Assembly (NCBI GenBank): GCA_964594375.1
Contig: CAZQMG010000003.1
Span: 1-36,516, forward strand
Length of the DNA: 36,516 bases
Reading direction: 5' to 3'
Source: an uncultured Clostridia bacterium
GTDB lineage: Bacteria > Aerophobota > Aerophobia > Aerophobales > AE-B3A
Both the position numbers and the translations under genes were made by a program. The notes beneath the pieces were generated by a model that saw only the letters and a program-made list of their open reading frames with translations, was not told where the DNA came from and did not search any database. This document shows positions 15,392 to 25,004 of the stretch, in pieces; positions within the stretch are counted from its first letter, which is position 1, and the number at the start of each line of letters is the position of its first letter.

Positions 15392-16528
15392 TTAAAAATA
15401 GCGGCCTTTGACAGGCTCACTTCTTCTGTATGCTGTCTCACAAATTCTCAACGTTTCTTTGGCGGAAGTTTCCCAGGAAAACAGATGTGTCCTTTCTAAG
15501 CCTTTACTAATTATGCTCCTTCTCAGCTCCTCATCGACCAGAATCTTCCTCATCGCTTCTGCCAAGGCATCAATATCTTTTGGATTAACCATAATACCTG
15601 CATCGCCAACAATTTCCGGTAAGGATGAGGTATTGGAAGTTATGACGGCAGTTCCACAGGCCATCGCCTCCAGAACTGGCAAGCCAAATCCTTCATAAAA
15701 AGAAGGGAATACAAATAGCTCTGCTATATTGTATAATTCTGGCAAATCCTCTGCTGGCACATAACCTAAAAATACGATATCTTTTTGAAGGTCGAGTTGC
15801 CTAATTAACTTCAGTAACCTCTTTCTATCCCTTTGATACTGTGGATTCCCCGCTTTCAACAGCTTAACATCACTAAATTCATCCTTTGTTTTAAGTTGGT
15901 AGAATGCCTTAATCAATCCATCTACATTCTTTGTTGGCGTCTCTGAGCTTATATGAAGCACATATCTGTGCAGGGGAGAAAGTCTATATTTTTGATAGAT
16001 ATTCGAGGAGACACTTCTATCTGGTCTAAATCGCTCACCACTTACCCCTTCGTAAACAACAGAAATCCTCTCTTCAGGGATTGAACAAAACTTCATCAGA
16101 TCCCTCTTGGTAGACTGAGATGGGACTATAAAGGATTCCGCCTTTCTAAGTCCAGAATAGAGCAATTTACTGAGCAACCAATACCCTGGATTTCGCGGAT
16201 ATACTTGATGAATGATGTCGTGGCAGAAAACAATTTTTGGCCTTAGTTTTAAAAAAGAGAGATTTTGATTGGCTACGAGATAAAGGTCATATTCTGGTAT
16301 TTTTTTCTGGATGCGGTAATAGAAAAAAAACCTGTGATCAATTGAAAATCCTTCCGGTTTAGCAATGCATTCTCTAGAGCTAGAAGTAATTTTTTCAAGT
16401 TTTCTCTCTTTAGAGTTTAGAAAAATATGATCTATTCTGCATTTATCATATAACTCATTGTAAATCTCAAAAGCATAGTTCCCAAAGCCCGTGCCTGGGG
16501 GATGGTTATTTAGCAGAGCTATTCTCAT
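15392..16528 (-). CDS. GT4 (GT-B fold) glycosyltransferase
   Basis: 378 aa with the E-x7-E region FVFPSFYEGFGLPVLEAMACGTAVITSNTSSLPEIVGDAG. Confidence 0.85.
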   Translation of the reverse strand: MRIALLNNHPPGTGFGNYAFEIYNELYDKCRIDHIFLNSKERKLEKITSSSRECIAKPEGFSIDHRFFFYYRIQKKIPEYDLYLVANQNLSFLKLRPKIVFCHDIIHQVYPRNPGYWLLSKLLYSGLRKAESFIVPSQSTKRDLMKFCSIPEERISVVYEGVSGERFRPDRSVSSNIYQKYRLSPLHRYVLHISSETPTKNVDGLIKAFYQLKTKDEFSDVKLLKAGNPQYQRDRKRLLKLIRQLDLQKDIVFLGYVPAEDLPELYNIAELFVFPSFYEGFGLPVLEAMACGTAVITSNTSSLPEIVGDAGIMVNPKDIDALAEAMRKILVDEELRRSIISKGLERTHLFSWETSAKETLRICETAYRRSEPVKGRYF

Positions 16529-16535
16529 CGTAATT

Positions 16536-17633
16536 TCACTTCTCTCCTATCACCTTCTTAGATTCTTGATAATACTTTCCAGCAATCTTTTCACAAGAAT
16601 AATTCTCCAATACATACTTCCGTGCACCTCTTCCGATCTTTTCTTTTGCTATATCGTCTTCTAATAAGCTGATAATCACATTAATGAATCCTTGAATGTC
16701 GTACGGTTCAACGAGAAACCCATTTTTTCCATCTTCCACTGCAGCCGTTATTCCTTCCAGCCTGGAAGCAACAACGGGAAGAGCAGCAGAATTCGCCTCC
16801 AGAGCTACAAATCCCAATCCTTCTATGTCCCCCTCAACTGGAATGTTCGGCATTATAAGTAGATCCGAGGCATTATATAACATCTTTAGAGTCTGATCTT
16901 TCACTTCTCCTAACAAAAATATTTTTCCTACTAGGCCATTTTTTTCTATATCTTTCTGAATCCTACTCCTTAGTTGTCCCTCTCCTACGATGAGATAAAT
17001 CGAGTTTTTTCTCCTCCCTAAGACTTCTGGAAAGACTTTACCTACGAACCAATGAAAACCCTTCCTTTCCACCAGGCGCCCCACGCTAAGGAGAATTTCT
17101 TTATCCTGGAGGTCAATCTTAAGTTGCTTAGAGAGAATTCGTCTTATTTCTCCTTTCTCTTCACCAAGATAGAATTCGCCTACCTCGACACCACCGGAGA
17201 TTACCACCACTCTTTCTTCAGGAATCCTCCGCTGAAGACATTCCTTTCCAGTGTAAGCACTTCTGCAAATTATTCTATCTAATCGGGCCAGGCACCAAGG
17301 AACTAGAAACTGATAAAGCCAAAATCTCCAGGTAATATCTAACCCATGAATAGTCACTACAACAGGTACATGGAAGAGTTTCTTTAGTATCAGTCCCAAA
17401 GGAGAGAGAAGACCATCTCCCAGATGGATAATGTCGATTTTCTTTGCAAGGAGGATATAGGAGGATTTTACTAAGAAATAGAAAAGAAAGAAAGGTAGCC
17501 ACTTTTGAGATTTGTTCCAGGAGATGAGTTCAAGGTCAGCAAGTTTTCCCAAATGGAGAGAAAGATAGAAATTTATCTTTTCCATACCACCTTTCATAGG
17601 CGGATATTTCCGAGTCAAATATAGAATCTTCAT
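16536..17633 (-). CDS. GT4 (GT-B fold) glycosyltransferase
   Basis: 365 aa: LIMPNIPVEGDIEGLGFVALEANSAALPVVASRLEGITAAVEDGKNGFLV. Confidence 0.8.
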   Translation of the reverse strand: MKILYLTRKYPPMKGGMEKINFYLSLHLGKLADLELISWNKSQKWLPFFLFYFLVKSSYILLAKKIDIIHLGDGLLSPLGLILKKLFHVPVVVTIHGLDITWRFWLYQFLVPWCLARLDRIICRSAYTGKECLQRRIPEERVVVISGGVEVGEFYLGEEKGEIRRILSKQLKIDLQDKEILLSVGRLVERKGFHWFVGKVFPEVLGRRKNSIYLIVGEGQLRSRIQKDIEKNGLVGKIFLLGEVKDQTLKMLYNASDLLIMPNIPVEGDIEGLGFVALEANSAALPVVASRLEGITAAVEDGKNGFLVEPYDIQGFINVIISLLEDDIAKEKIGRGARKYVLENYSCEKIAGKYYQESKKVIGEK

Positions 17634-17653
17634 CTTCTACTTTCAATTCTTAC

Positions 17654-18538
17654 CTAATCTTTCTTTTGTAATCTAACTATTAAATCTGCCAAGAGTCCCA
17701 ATACTCCGATAATCAATCCGGTCAAAAACAACATAATATCCGACTCTTTTATGCGATGCAGAACTGTTGCATCATAGAGAGTCCTTATGATTGCACCAAT
17801 TAATATTAATGCTGTCAAGGGAAGAAATATTCTTAAAGGATTAAAATACATCACCGTTCTAATAACCAGTAAAATAAAATTATAGGTATCCTTTATGGGA
17901 TGAATGGTCGACTTGCCCTTTCTTTTGTAGTAGTCAATAGGAACATACTTAATAGTATATCCGTTAGCCAAGAAAGCTAGAGTTATAGTACTCACCCAGG
18001 AGTGCCCATCTGGTAAAATAGCAAAGAATTTGCGAGCCAAATCCCTCTTGAATACCCTTAGTCCAGAATTCAAATCGGGTATTTTTGTGGCGATTAAATA
18101 AGAGGCTAGTTTGCGGATAAACCATCTTGCTGGTCGACGAATTAAAGGCCAGGTCACATTCTTCCCAACTCGAGCGCCTACAACCATATCGCAATCCTTG
18201 ATGTAGTTTAAGAGCTTGGGGATATCCTGATTAGGATAGGTGCCGTCTCCGTCGGTCATAACGATAATTTCTCCTTTAGCTTTTAAGATGCCGGTCTTCC
18301 TGGCTGCTCCTACCCCTCTATTATAAGAGTGCTGAATGAGTTTTACCTCTTTTTTTGCCTTTATAATTTGAGCAGTTTTGTCAGTAGAACCATCATCAAC
18401 TACTATTATTTCATATTGATAGTCAGGCTTTTCCATTGTCTCAACAATCACGTCAATGTCTTCTGCAATGGTTTTTTCTTCATTAAAAGCAGGAATAATA
18501 ACTGTTACTTGACAACTTCTGGTCATACTTTCACCCAT
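17654..18538 (-). CDS. membrane-anchored GT2, polyprenyl-phosphate glycosyltransferase (GtrB/ArnC/DPM-like)
   Basis: 294 aa: VTVIIPAFNEE, EIIVVDDGSTDKT, IVMTDGDGTYP, plus two C-terminal hydrophobic helices. Confidence 0.75.
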   Translation of the reverse strand: MGESMTRSCQVTVIIPAFNEEKTIAEDIDVIVETMEKPDYQYEIIVVDDGSTDKTAQIIKAKKEVKLIQHSYNRGVGAARKTGILKAKGEIIVMTDGDGTYPNQDIPKLLNYIKDCDMVVGARVGKNVTWPLIRRPARWFIRKLASYLIATKIPDLNSGLRVFKRDLARKFFAILPDGHSWVSTITLAFLANGYTIKYVPIDYYKRKGKSTIHPIKDTYNFILLVIRTVMYFNPLRIFLPLTALILIGAIIRTLYDATVLHRIKESDIMLFLTGLIIGVLGLLADLIVRLQKKD

Positions 18539-19091
18539 TCTCGTTCCTTTGTCTATCTTCGGATAATGGTTCTTTCCCTATCCTACGGACAAATGTTAAC
18601 AAGGCAATTATAGATAGGAAGAGGACCGCCTCCCAGACCATAGCTCTAATATTATGTAAATCAAAAAGGTCAGATAAAAACAGGTGATGGATGTCAGAAA
18701 AAAAAGAGAAAGATGAAATAAAATACTTTTGCGTAAAAGGCCAAAAAAGCATTACTCCAAAAGGGGTGCTACTATCAGCAGTTAAGAAATCAATAACTAC
18801 ATGACCGAAGTATAATGAAAAAAAGATTGCAAAATCCTTTTTTGTTCGAAATCTGGGTATCATATACATACATAGAGCAAATAAAAGCGAGAAACCCAGA
18901 GTATGACTAATCCCATGATGGAATCTATTGGCACTTCCCATAAAGATTCCTGGTATAAAATCAAAATCAGGCGCATTTGCCGCAAAAAAATAGAGAATTA
19001 TTTTTTTCCAATCTCCAATCAATTTACAATTCTTATTGCAAGCTAAGTAAAGTGCATATCCAGCTAAAGAATGACCAACAGGAGAACACAT
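18531..19091 (-). CDS. YdjM/DUF457-like membrane-bound metal-dependent hydrolase
   Basis: 186 aa: GHSLAGY..., APDFDFIPG, RFHHGISHTLGFSL, GHVVIDFLT. Overlaps the GT2 start by 8 nt. Confidence 0.6.
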   Translation of the reverse strand: MCSPVGHSLAGYALYLACNKNCKLIGDWKKIILYFFAANAPDFDFIPGIFMGSANRFHHGISHTLGFSLLFALCMYMIPRFRTKKDFAIFFSLYFGHVVIDFLTADSSTPFGVMLFWPFTQKYFISSFSFFSDIHHLFLSDLFDLHNIRAMVWEAVLFLSIIALLTFVRRIGKEPLSEDRQRNENG

Positions 19092-19113
19092 TTATTGCTC
19101 CTGATAATATCTA

Positions 19114-20055
19114 CTAGCCAACTGACTTTCTGGCAGCGTAGATTACACCCCCTATTATCCCAATAATCAGTATCATACCAAAAGCCAGCCAGGATAAGGC
19201 TATACTTATCGACCCTTCCACACCTATTTTACCGAAGAAAAGCACATAGGCGTTCTCTCTTACACCGATTCCGTTGATAGACACCGGTAGAAAAAGTATC
19301 AGAAGAACAAGAGGAATTATAATGAAGAAATAGAGCATAGATACATTTAAACCCAGAGCTAATCCTATGAGGTAATAATGAGCCACTGCGGCTACCTGTA
19401 ATGCAAAACCGAGAAGGAAAGTGACCAGGAGGTCCTTTCTCTTGCTTTTATATAGGTTAAGAGCCTGATAGACTTTATCTATTTTCCCTTTAATTCTAGA
19501 TAGACCTCTAAAATCAAAAATTTTTCTAATCTGGCGACTCAAAGTTGCATTAAACAAACCCAAAAACAACAAAAGGATGAGGGAGAAAAAACCTATGAGC
19601 ACCCAAAGAAGAAAAGTATCACCTATAGTGTGAAACCCAAATACCAGGGCAAATGCAGCGATTGACAAAAGAGCAAGGAACCCGGTAAGTCTTTCTATTA
19701 AGATAGCCGTCATAGACACTGCTGTGTTCTTGCTGTATTTGGAAGTATCGTAAACACGCACTATATCCCCTCCTATGGTACTGGGGAGAAAATTGTTAAA
19801 GAATCGTCCCACCAGTAAAGAGGAAATCAGTGTCTTAAGGGGAATATGTATATCCTGAGTAGTTAAAAGAAGTTGCCATCTGTAGCCACTAATGAGGTTA
19901 CCTACAAATATAAGAGAAAAAGCCAGAGCTAACCAAAATAGATTTACAGAGTTTAAAGAGGAAAAGATAGATTTAATATCGACCTTGTATAACAGATAGG
20001 TAATTAGGATTCCACTAACCACAACTCTAAAGAATAACCACAAGAATTTCTTCAC
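19114..20055 (-). CDS. LPG-synthase-TM / 'flippase-like' domain membrane protein
   Basis: 313 aa with about 8 TM segments and the signature LLVGRFFNNFLPSTIGGDIVRVYD. The GTG start overlaps the upstream stop (GTGA). Confidence 0.7.
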   Translation of the reverse strand: MKKFLWLFFRVVVSGILITYLLYKVDIKSIFSSLNSVNLFWLALAFSLIFVGNLISGYRWQLLLTTQDIHIPLKTLISSLLVGRFFNNFLPSTIGGDIVRVYDTSKYSKNTAVSMTAILIERLTGFLALLSIAAFALVFGFHTIGDTFLLWVLIGFFSLILLLFLGLFNATLSRQIRKIFDFRGLSRIKGKIDKVYQALNLYKSKRKDLLVTFLLGFALQVAAVAHYYLIGLALGLNVSMLYFFIIIPLVLLILFLPVSINGIGVRENAYVLFFGKIGVEGSISIALSWLAFGMILIIGIIGGVIYAARKSVG

Positions 20056-20819
20056 CTATCTCTAACCGTATCCTCTCTCTTTCCCCCGCGTTCTTTCATT
20101 ACCCTGGCTGGGATGCCAAAGGCCACTGAACGTTCCGGAATGCTTTCAGTAACCACTGAGCCGGCCCCAATTATGCTGCTTTTTCCAATAGTCACTCCAT
20201 CCAAGATTATCACACCTGCACCAATCATGACTGAGTCTTTCAGAATTATACCCCTGGAAATCCTCCCTTGAGCGGAAGGAAGTATATCATTCTTCTTCAT
20301 ACTATAGGTGCCAGCGGAAAAATGGGAAAAAGAACCAATCTCTACATTGTCGCCGATTTCAATTTTTCCCCCAGGTGCTACCACTAATTGAACAGAAGGA
20401 GTTATATTTACATTAGAGCCTATTCTTATATCACCATTTTTGCAGGTAAGAGTGGAATTTCTTCCAATGGTAACTCGATTTCCTACAGATATCCCCTGAT
20501 TATTCTCTCCTTTGGCATCCAAGACACAATTATCATCAATTATTACACTGTTGCCAACGTTTATCTTGTGGGGGTGTCTTAAAGTGATATTCCTTCCAAA
20601 AATAACATTATTACCTACCGTTTTCAAAAGGCCTTTGTAAAATGTTTTCCTTAACAGCAAACCTGCTGCACCCGGAATACTACCAAAAAAAGCAGTAATT
20701 ACCTCATATTTCAGCAATTCTATCAGATTCTTTTTCCCGATAAACGTTTCTTGGTAGAGTTCTAAACTCGACTTTCTTGAATTGAATATCTTCTTATGTA
20801 AAGCGGGTCCTCGATCCAA
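20052..20819 (-). CDS. left-handed beta-helix (hexapeptide-repeat) acyl/acetyltransferase
   Basis: Hexapeptide repeats, for example VGNSVIIDDNCVLD, IGSNVNI and IGAGVIILDGVTIGKSSIIGAGSVV. The ORF track starts at ATG 20849, but TTG 20819 is preceded by GGAGGA-6 nt and avoids overlap with the SDR gene. Confidence 0.75.
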   Translation of the reverse strand: MDRGPALHKKIFNSRKSSLELYQETFIGKKNLIELLKYEVITAFFGSIPGAAGLLLRKTFYKGLLKTVGNNVIFGRNITLRHPHKINVGNSVIIDDNCVLDAKGENNQGISVGNRVTIGRNSTLTCKNGDIRIGSNVNITPSVQLVVAPGGKIEIGDNVEIGSFSHFSAGTYSMKKNDILPSAQGRISRGIILKDSVMIGAGVIILDGVTIGKSSIIGAGSVVTESIPERSVAFGIPARVMKERGGKREDTVRDR

Positions 20820-20835
20820 ATGAATTCCTCCTTGT

Positions 20836-21822
20836 TTATAAAAAACCATTCTCTTCGAACCACTTCAAACTCATTCTTAAACCCTCATCTAAACTCACTT
20901 TAGACTTGTAATTAAGTTCCTTCCTGGCTTTTGAAACGTCAAAAGAATAGTTCTTAGTAAAAAAATCCATGCTTCTGCGGGAAAAAGGTGGTTCAGCGCC
21001 AATTTTCTTGCAAATTATTTCTACCAGAAAACCCAAAGCCCTCATCGGTGAAGCTGGAAAATGAACTCTGGGTGCCTTTACTCCTAAGACTCTAGCGAAA
21101 GCACTTATTAATTGTTCAACTGTCACTGCCTTCTCATCCCCAATGATATAGACTTGTCCAACTGCTTCTTTAATATCAGCACAAAGCTCTAATCCCCTAA
21201 TAAACTCACCAACATATACCGGATGTCTCAGGGTCTGCCCATTGCCAAAGAAGGGAAATCTGCCTTTCTTAAGAGCTTTAAACAACCTGAGAGTACGGGG
21301 ACATCGCGGTCCATATACCCAAACTGGCCGTGCTATAACAACCGGAACTCCCTTTTTAAAATACTTAAGAGCTATCTTTTCTCCTTCTGCCTTTGTTTTC
21401 TCATAAATAGTATCCGGATTATAAGGATAGGTTTCGTTGGCAGGAGGGTTATCAATATTACCCAGCACCCCTACGCTACTACAATGGACAAAACGCTTTA
21501 AATTTCTCTTTAGACAGGCCTCGAGAATTTTTTCTGTTCCGCCAACATTCACTTCCCGGTATTTTTGGTCAGACACCCCTACCGCAAGGTGAATACTTGC
21601 CAGATGATATACAACCTCTACATCTCTCAAAGCTTTTTCTAGTGTTCCCTTATTCCTTAAGTCACCTTCTATAAATTCCATGCCTTCCAATTTCTTTAAA
21701 TAACGAATATTGTGCTCCCCCCAGTCTAATACCCGCACTTGATGCCCCTCTAAAACCAATTTTTCTACCAGATGACTTCCAATAAACCCTGTCCCTCCAG
21801 TAACAAGAATATTCATAGACAA
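20836..21822 (-). CDS. NAD(P)-dependent epimerase/dehydratase/reductase (extended SDR)
   Basis: 328 aa: ILVTGGTGFIGSHLV, catalytic YEKTKAEGE. The start is ambiguous (TTG 21822 or ATG 21816). Confidence 0.75.
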   Translation of the reverse strand: MSMNILVTGGTGFIGSHLVEKLVLEGHQVRVLDWGEHNIRYLKKLEGMEFIEGDLRNKGTLEKALRDVEVVYHLASIHLAVGVSDQKYREVNVGGTEKILEACLKRNLKRFVHCSSVGVLGNIDNPPANETYPYNPDTIYEKTKAEGEKIALKYFKKGVPVVIARPVWVYGPRCPRTLRLFKALKKGRFPFFGNGQTLRHPVYVGEFIRGLELCADIKEAVGQVYIIGDEKAVTVEQLISAFARVLGVKAPRVHFPASPMRALGFLVEIICKKIGAEPPFSRRSMDFFTKNYSFDVSKARKELNYKSKVSLDEGLRMSLKWFEENGFL

Positions 21823-21851
21823 TAATTCCCCCTTTCAACTCCCCGCACAAA

Positions 21852-23252
21852 CTAGGAACCTTGAACAAAACGCCTCATATGTTTCCTAAAAGGAGAAAGT
21901 AAATTAACGATAGACTCCCCGTAACTTGAATCAAAAATCTTATAAGCAATGGCTTTTTTAAGAGAATGTTTCTTATAGACATTAAACCCAAACCATCGAC
22001 TACACTTTAATATCTCCTGGCGAGTAAAATGGGACATTTTCAATATTGTATCTTTCCTGGAAACATAATTATCAGGAATCTCACTATCATCATCCAGATA
22101 TCCCTTAGCTTTACAAAGATCGTAAGCTTCTGTCCCTGGGTAGGGAAAAAATACGTAAATAGTTAACGCATCGGGATTAACCAGGGCGTTTAGCCTGATG
22201 GTATCTTCAAATGATTCTCTGCTCTCCCCCGGCAGTCCCACCATATTAAAAGCCTTAGTTTTTAATCCTACCCCTTTCGCATTTCTGAAAGCTTCAATGA
22301 TTTGTCGATTACTCATCTTCCTCTTGAGCACTTTTCTTCTTATCTCCTCATTACCCGATTCTATACCGAAAATAACCATCCTACCACCGGCATCTTTTAA
22401 TTTACCAAGCAATCCATTTGAACCAAATTCAATTCTGAGATCAAAATCAAAGGGCAAGGCTATCTCTTTTTTATATTTGATACAAAACTCATCAATGAGC
22501 TCTTTTTTCAACATAAAAATCTCATCATCAAAGCAAATCTCCTTAAACTTATACTTTTTCTTAAGTCCCTTGATTTCATTTATCACATTATCTACACTTC
22601 TGAATCTCACATAAGTACCGCTTTGAGCCTTGCCAAGTCTTGCGTTGGAACAATAGGTGCAATCAAAAGGGCATCCTCTTGAGAGCATCACTCGCAGTTG
22701 TGCCATACCATAATGATTGATCGATTTTTGAAAATTGAACAAATCCCGATCCTCAAAAGGAAGTTCATCTAAATTTGCAATAAAAGGCCGGCAAGAATTC
22801 TTATAGATCCTGCCGTTCTTCTTGGTCCATATATTTCTTATTTTGGTGGGGTCTTTACCTTTTTCCAATGCTTCTACCAGCTCTAACATTGGATATTCTC
22901 CTTCGCCGATACATATTGCATCCAGACCAGATACCTCCTCCAGGCACTGCGGATGAAGAGTTATATGCGGCCCCCCACAAATAATAAATATATTATAAGA
23001 ACGAATTTCACTAATGATCCTCTTTATAAACCTGAATTGTTCTGCTATACAATAGAAACCAACTATATCGGGCTTGAATTGACTCATCTTATTAAGAAAA
23101 GACTCTATATCATATTTTGGCGACATATGATACAAATCAATCTGATTGTATCCATTAGCCTTCAGAGTAGCCGAGATACTGGCTAATCCATGTTGAAAAC
23201 CCAAAAAACCCATTTTCTGATTTATTTCCGTGAAAACAAATAGAATCCTCAC
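21852..23252 (-). CDS. B12-binding-domain radical SAM enzyme (class B, methyltransferase-like)
   Basis: The N-terminal flavodoxin-like part (ILFVF..., ICGGPHITLHP) is followed by LSRGCPFDCTYCSN (CxxxCxxC). The probable start is GTG 23252, behind GGGAGG-6 nt; the ORF track begins at TTG 23276. Confidence 0.8.
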   Translation of the reverse strand: MRILFVFTEINQKMGFLGFQHGLASISATLKANGYNQIDLYHMSPKYDIESFLNKMSQFKPDIVGFYCIAEQFRFIKRIISEIRSYNIFIICGGPHITLHPQCLEEVSGLDAICIGEGEYPMLELVEALEKGKDPTKIRNIWTKKNGRIYKNSCRPFIANLDELPFEDRDLFNFQKSINHYGMAQLRVMLSRGCPFDCTYCSNARLGKAQSGTYVRFRSVDNVINEIKGLKKKYKFKEICFDDEIFMLKKELIDEFCIKYKKEIALPFDFDLRIEFGSNGLLGKLKDAGGRMVIFGIESGNEEIRRKVLKRKMSNRQIIEAFRNAKGVGLKTKAFNMVGLPGESRESFEDTIRLNALVNPDALTIYVFFPYPGTEAYDLCKAKGYLDDDSEIPDNYVSRKDTILKMSHFTRQEILKCSRWFGFNVYKKHSLKKAIAYKIFDSSYGESIVNLLSPFRKHMRRFVQGS

Positions 23253-23283
23253 CTTTTTCCTCCCTGCCTTCTTCAAGGGATTT

Positions 23284-24072
23284 TTATACCTTTTTAGCTA
23301 CTACTGTCACGCAATAGTCTTTTCCCAGGAAAAGCAAACTATCCAACTTAGATACCAACAAAAGAAAGGGATGAGCTAAAGAGAATAACTTGTAGGCTAT
23401 ACCATGAGTAGTTAAATCTTTTTGAGAAGTGGGAGCTATAGCAACACCCTTCATGCCCTTTTTTAAACGAAAGATGTACCCATAATTAATGGCCAGCTCT
23501 ATCATTTCGGTAAAGAATTTTGAATAGCTTCCTCTCTCTATAACCTTGAAGCCTGCTTTCTCTACAACAGCCTGTAGCTCATTTAGAGTATATCCCGGTC
23601 TAACATGTCCATACCTTTCAGGACGCATCCCAAGCATATACCTTATCCTATTACCCAGAAGTTTCTTGTGCTGATTGGGACAAGTAACATAGATTGTTCC
23701 TTTAGGCTTCAATATTCTGTGGATTTCCCTCAAGAAATCCTTTTCCTCGGGTAGATGCTCTAAAACATCTATTATAACAATCCTATCGAAAATACTGTTC
23801 CTAAAAGCAATACCGGCACTACCTAGCGTCAACACTCTTTTCTTTAGAAGCTGTTTCATAACCGGTGGGTTCTTTCCCTCCAGATCCGCGGTTATCCATC
23901 TACCTCCATGCTTTCTAAAGTAATAACTAAGCCCCCCTGTATTATCCCCATGACATATATCCAGGCACATCTCACCTGTGCTAATTTCCCTGATGAAGGA
24001 GAGAAGATGACGCAATTTTAAATTTTTCTTAAAAGCTTTTTCAAAGACTTCCAGCTGCCAGGTCCTTTTCAT
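23284..24072 (-). CDS. class I SAM-dependent methyltransferase
   Basis: 262 aa: CLDICHGDNTGG (motif I-like), FDRIVIIDVLEHLPEE, ILKPKGTIYV. Strong SD AAGGAGGAG. Confidence 0.75.
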   Translation of the reverse strand: MKRTWQLEVFEKAFKKNLKLRHLLSFIREISTGEMCLDICHGDNTGGLSYYFRKHGGRWITADLEGKNPPVMKQLLKKRVLTLGSAGIAFRNSIFDRIVIIDVLEHLPEEKDFLREIHRILKPKGTIYVTCPNQHKKLLGNRIRYMLGMRPERYGHVRPGYTLNELQAVVEKAGFKVIERGSYSKFFTEMIELAINYGYIFRLKKGMKGVAIAPTSQKDLTTHGIAYKLFSLAHPFLLLVSKLDSLLFLGKDYCVTVVAKKV

Positions 24073-24092
24073 ATCACGCTCCTCCTTGATTA

Positions 24093-24980
24093 TTATTGCT
24101 CTTTTCTCCGGGAAAGAAAAACCTTTAATGCTTCATCCCATTTTCGCATATCGTCCATTCCTATCTTCTCCAGGGCGTAGTTCCTCAACACGGAATAGCG
24201 AGGACGTTTAATCTCCGAAGCAAACCTTTCTGCCGAAACTGCTTTAAGATTAACTTTCAAATTATAGAATTCAAAGATTTTCTCAGCAAACTGATGCCAG
24301 GAACAAGAGCCATTATTAGTAATATGATAAAGACCAAAATAATCCGTTTGAATAAGATCCCTTATTTTCCGAGCAAGGTCCAGAGTATAAGTGGGCGTAA
24401 GGACCTCATCATTCACTACCTCAATCTCATCTTGTTCTTTGGCTAAGTTCAGCATAAGGTCGATAAAATTACCGCCCTTAGCTCTGCATTTAGCTGAACC
24501 ATAAAGACCTGATGTTCTTATAATAAAATGTTTGGGACATAAATACTTTATATAGTACTCTCCGGCTAGTTTTGATATCCCATAAACATTTAGAGGTCTG
24601 GGAGAATCTGATTCAATATACGGCTCCTTCTTTTCACCATCAAAGACATAGTCTGTACTGATATGAACAAGAATTGCTTTATTTTCCCTGCATGCAATGG
24701 CTAAATTCTTCGTTCCTATACTATTAATTCCAAAGGATTTAAGAGCATTTTTCTCACAATCGGAAATTCTATGGTAAGCAGCGGTGTTGATAACCAAATC
24801 TGGCTTGTACGCCTCTAATGCGTTTTTTACTGATGCCCCTTCTGCTATTTCAACATCTTTGTGAGTTAATGGTATAACATTCTCAGAAGAAAACACCTTA
24901 ACTATATCACTCCCCAACTGGCCATTTGCTCCGATTACCAAAACCTTTATTTTTCTCCTCCTTGAATTAACATTGCACAA
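24093..24980 (-). CDS. rmlD: dTDP-4-dehydrorhamnose reductase
   Basis: KVLVIGANGQLG, VINTAAY, HISTDYVFDG and PLNVYGISKLAGE are the classic RmlD motifs. The start is uncertain (AAGGAGG precedes ATA/TTG codons near KIKVLVIG). Confidence 0.8.
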   Translation of the reverse strand: MCNVNSRRRKIKVLVIGANGQLGSDIVKVFSSENVIPLTHKDVEIAEGASVKNALEAYKPDLVINTAAYHRISDCEKNALKSFGINSIGTKNLAIACRENKAILVHISTDYVFDGEKKEPYIESDSPRPLNVYGISKLAGEYYIKYLCPKHFIIRTSGLYGSAKCRAKGGNFIDLMLNLAKEQDEIEVVNDEVLTPTYTLDLARKIRDLIQTDYFGLYHITNNGSCSWHQFAEKIFEFYNLKVNLKAVSAERFASEIKRPRYSVLRNYALEKIGMDDMRKWDEALKVFLSRRKEQ

Positions 24981-25004
24981 TCTGAGAGTTTAATAAAACC
25001 AATT

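Noticed and set aside
22198-22614. Longer antisense ORFs in the track (22198..22614, 33369..33797, 15408..15698, 25164..25460, 25808..26095, 7502..7768 and the many 60-90-aa ones)
   Set aside because: All lie fully inside well-supported minus-strand genes. They have Ser/Leu/Pro-rich or otherwise implausible sequences and no recognisable motifs, as expected for antisense frames of AT-rich genes.
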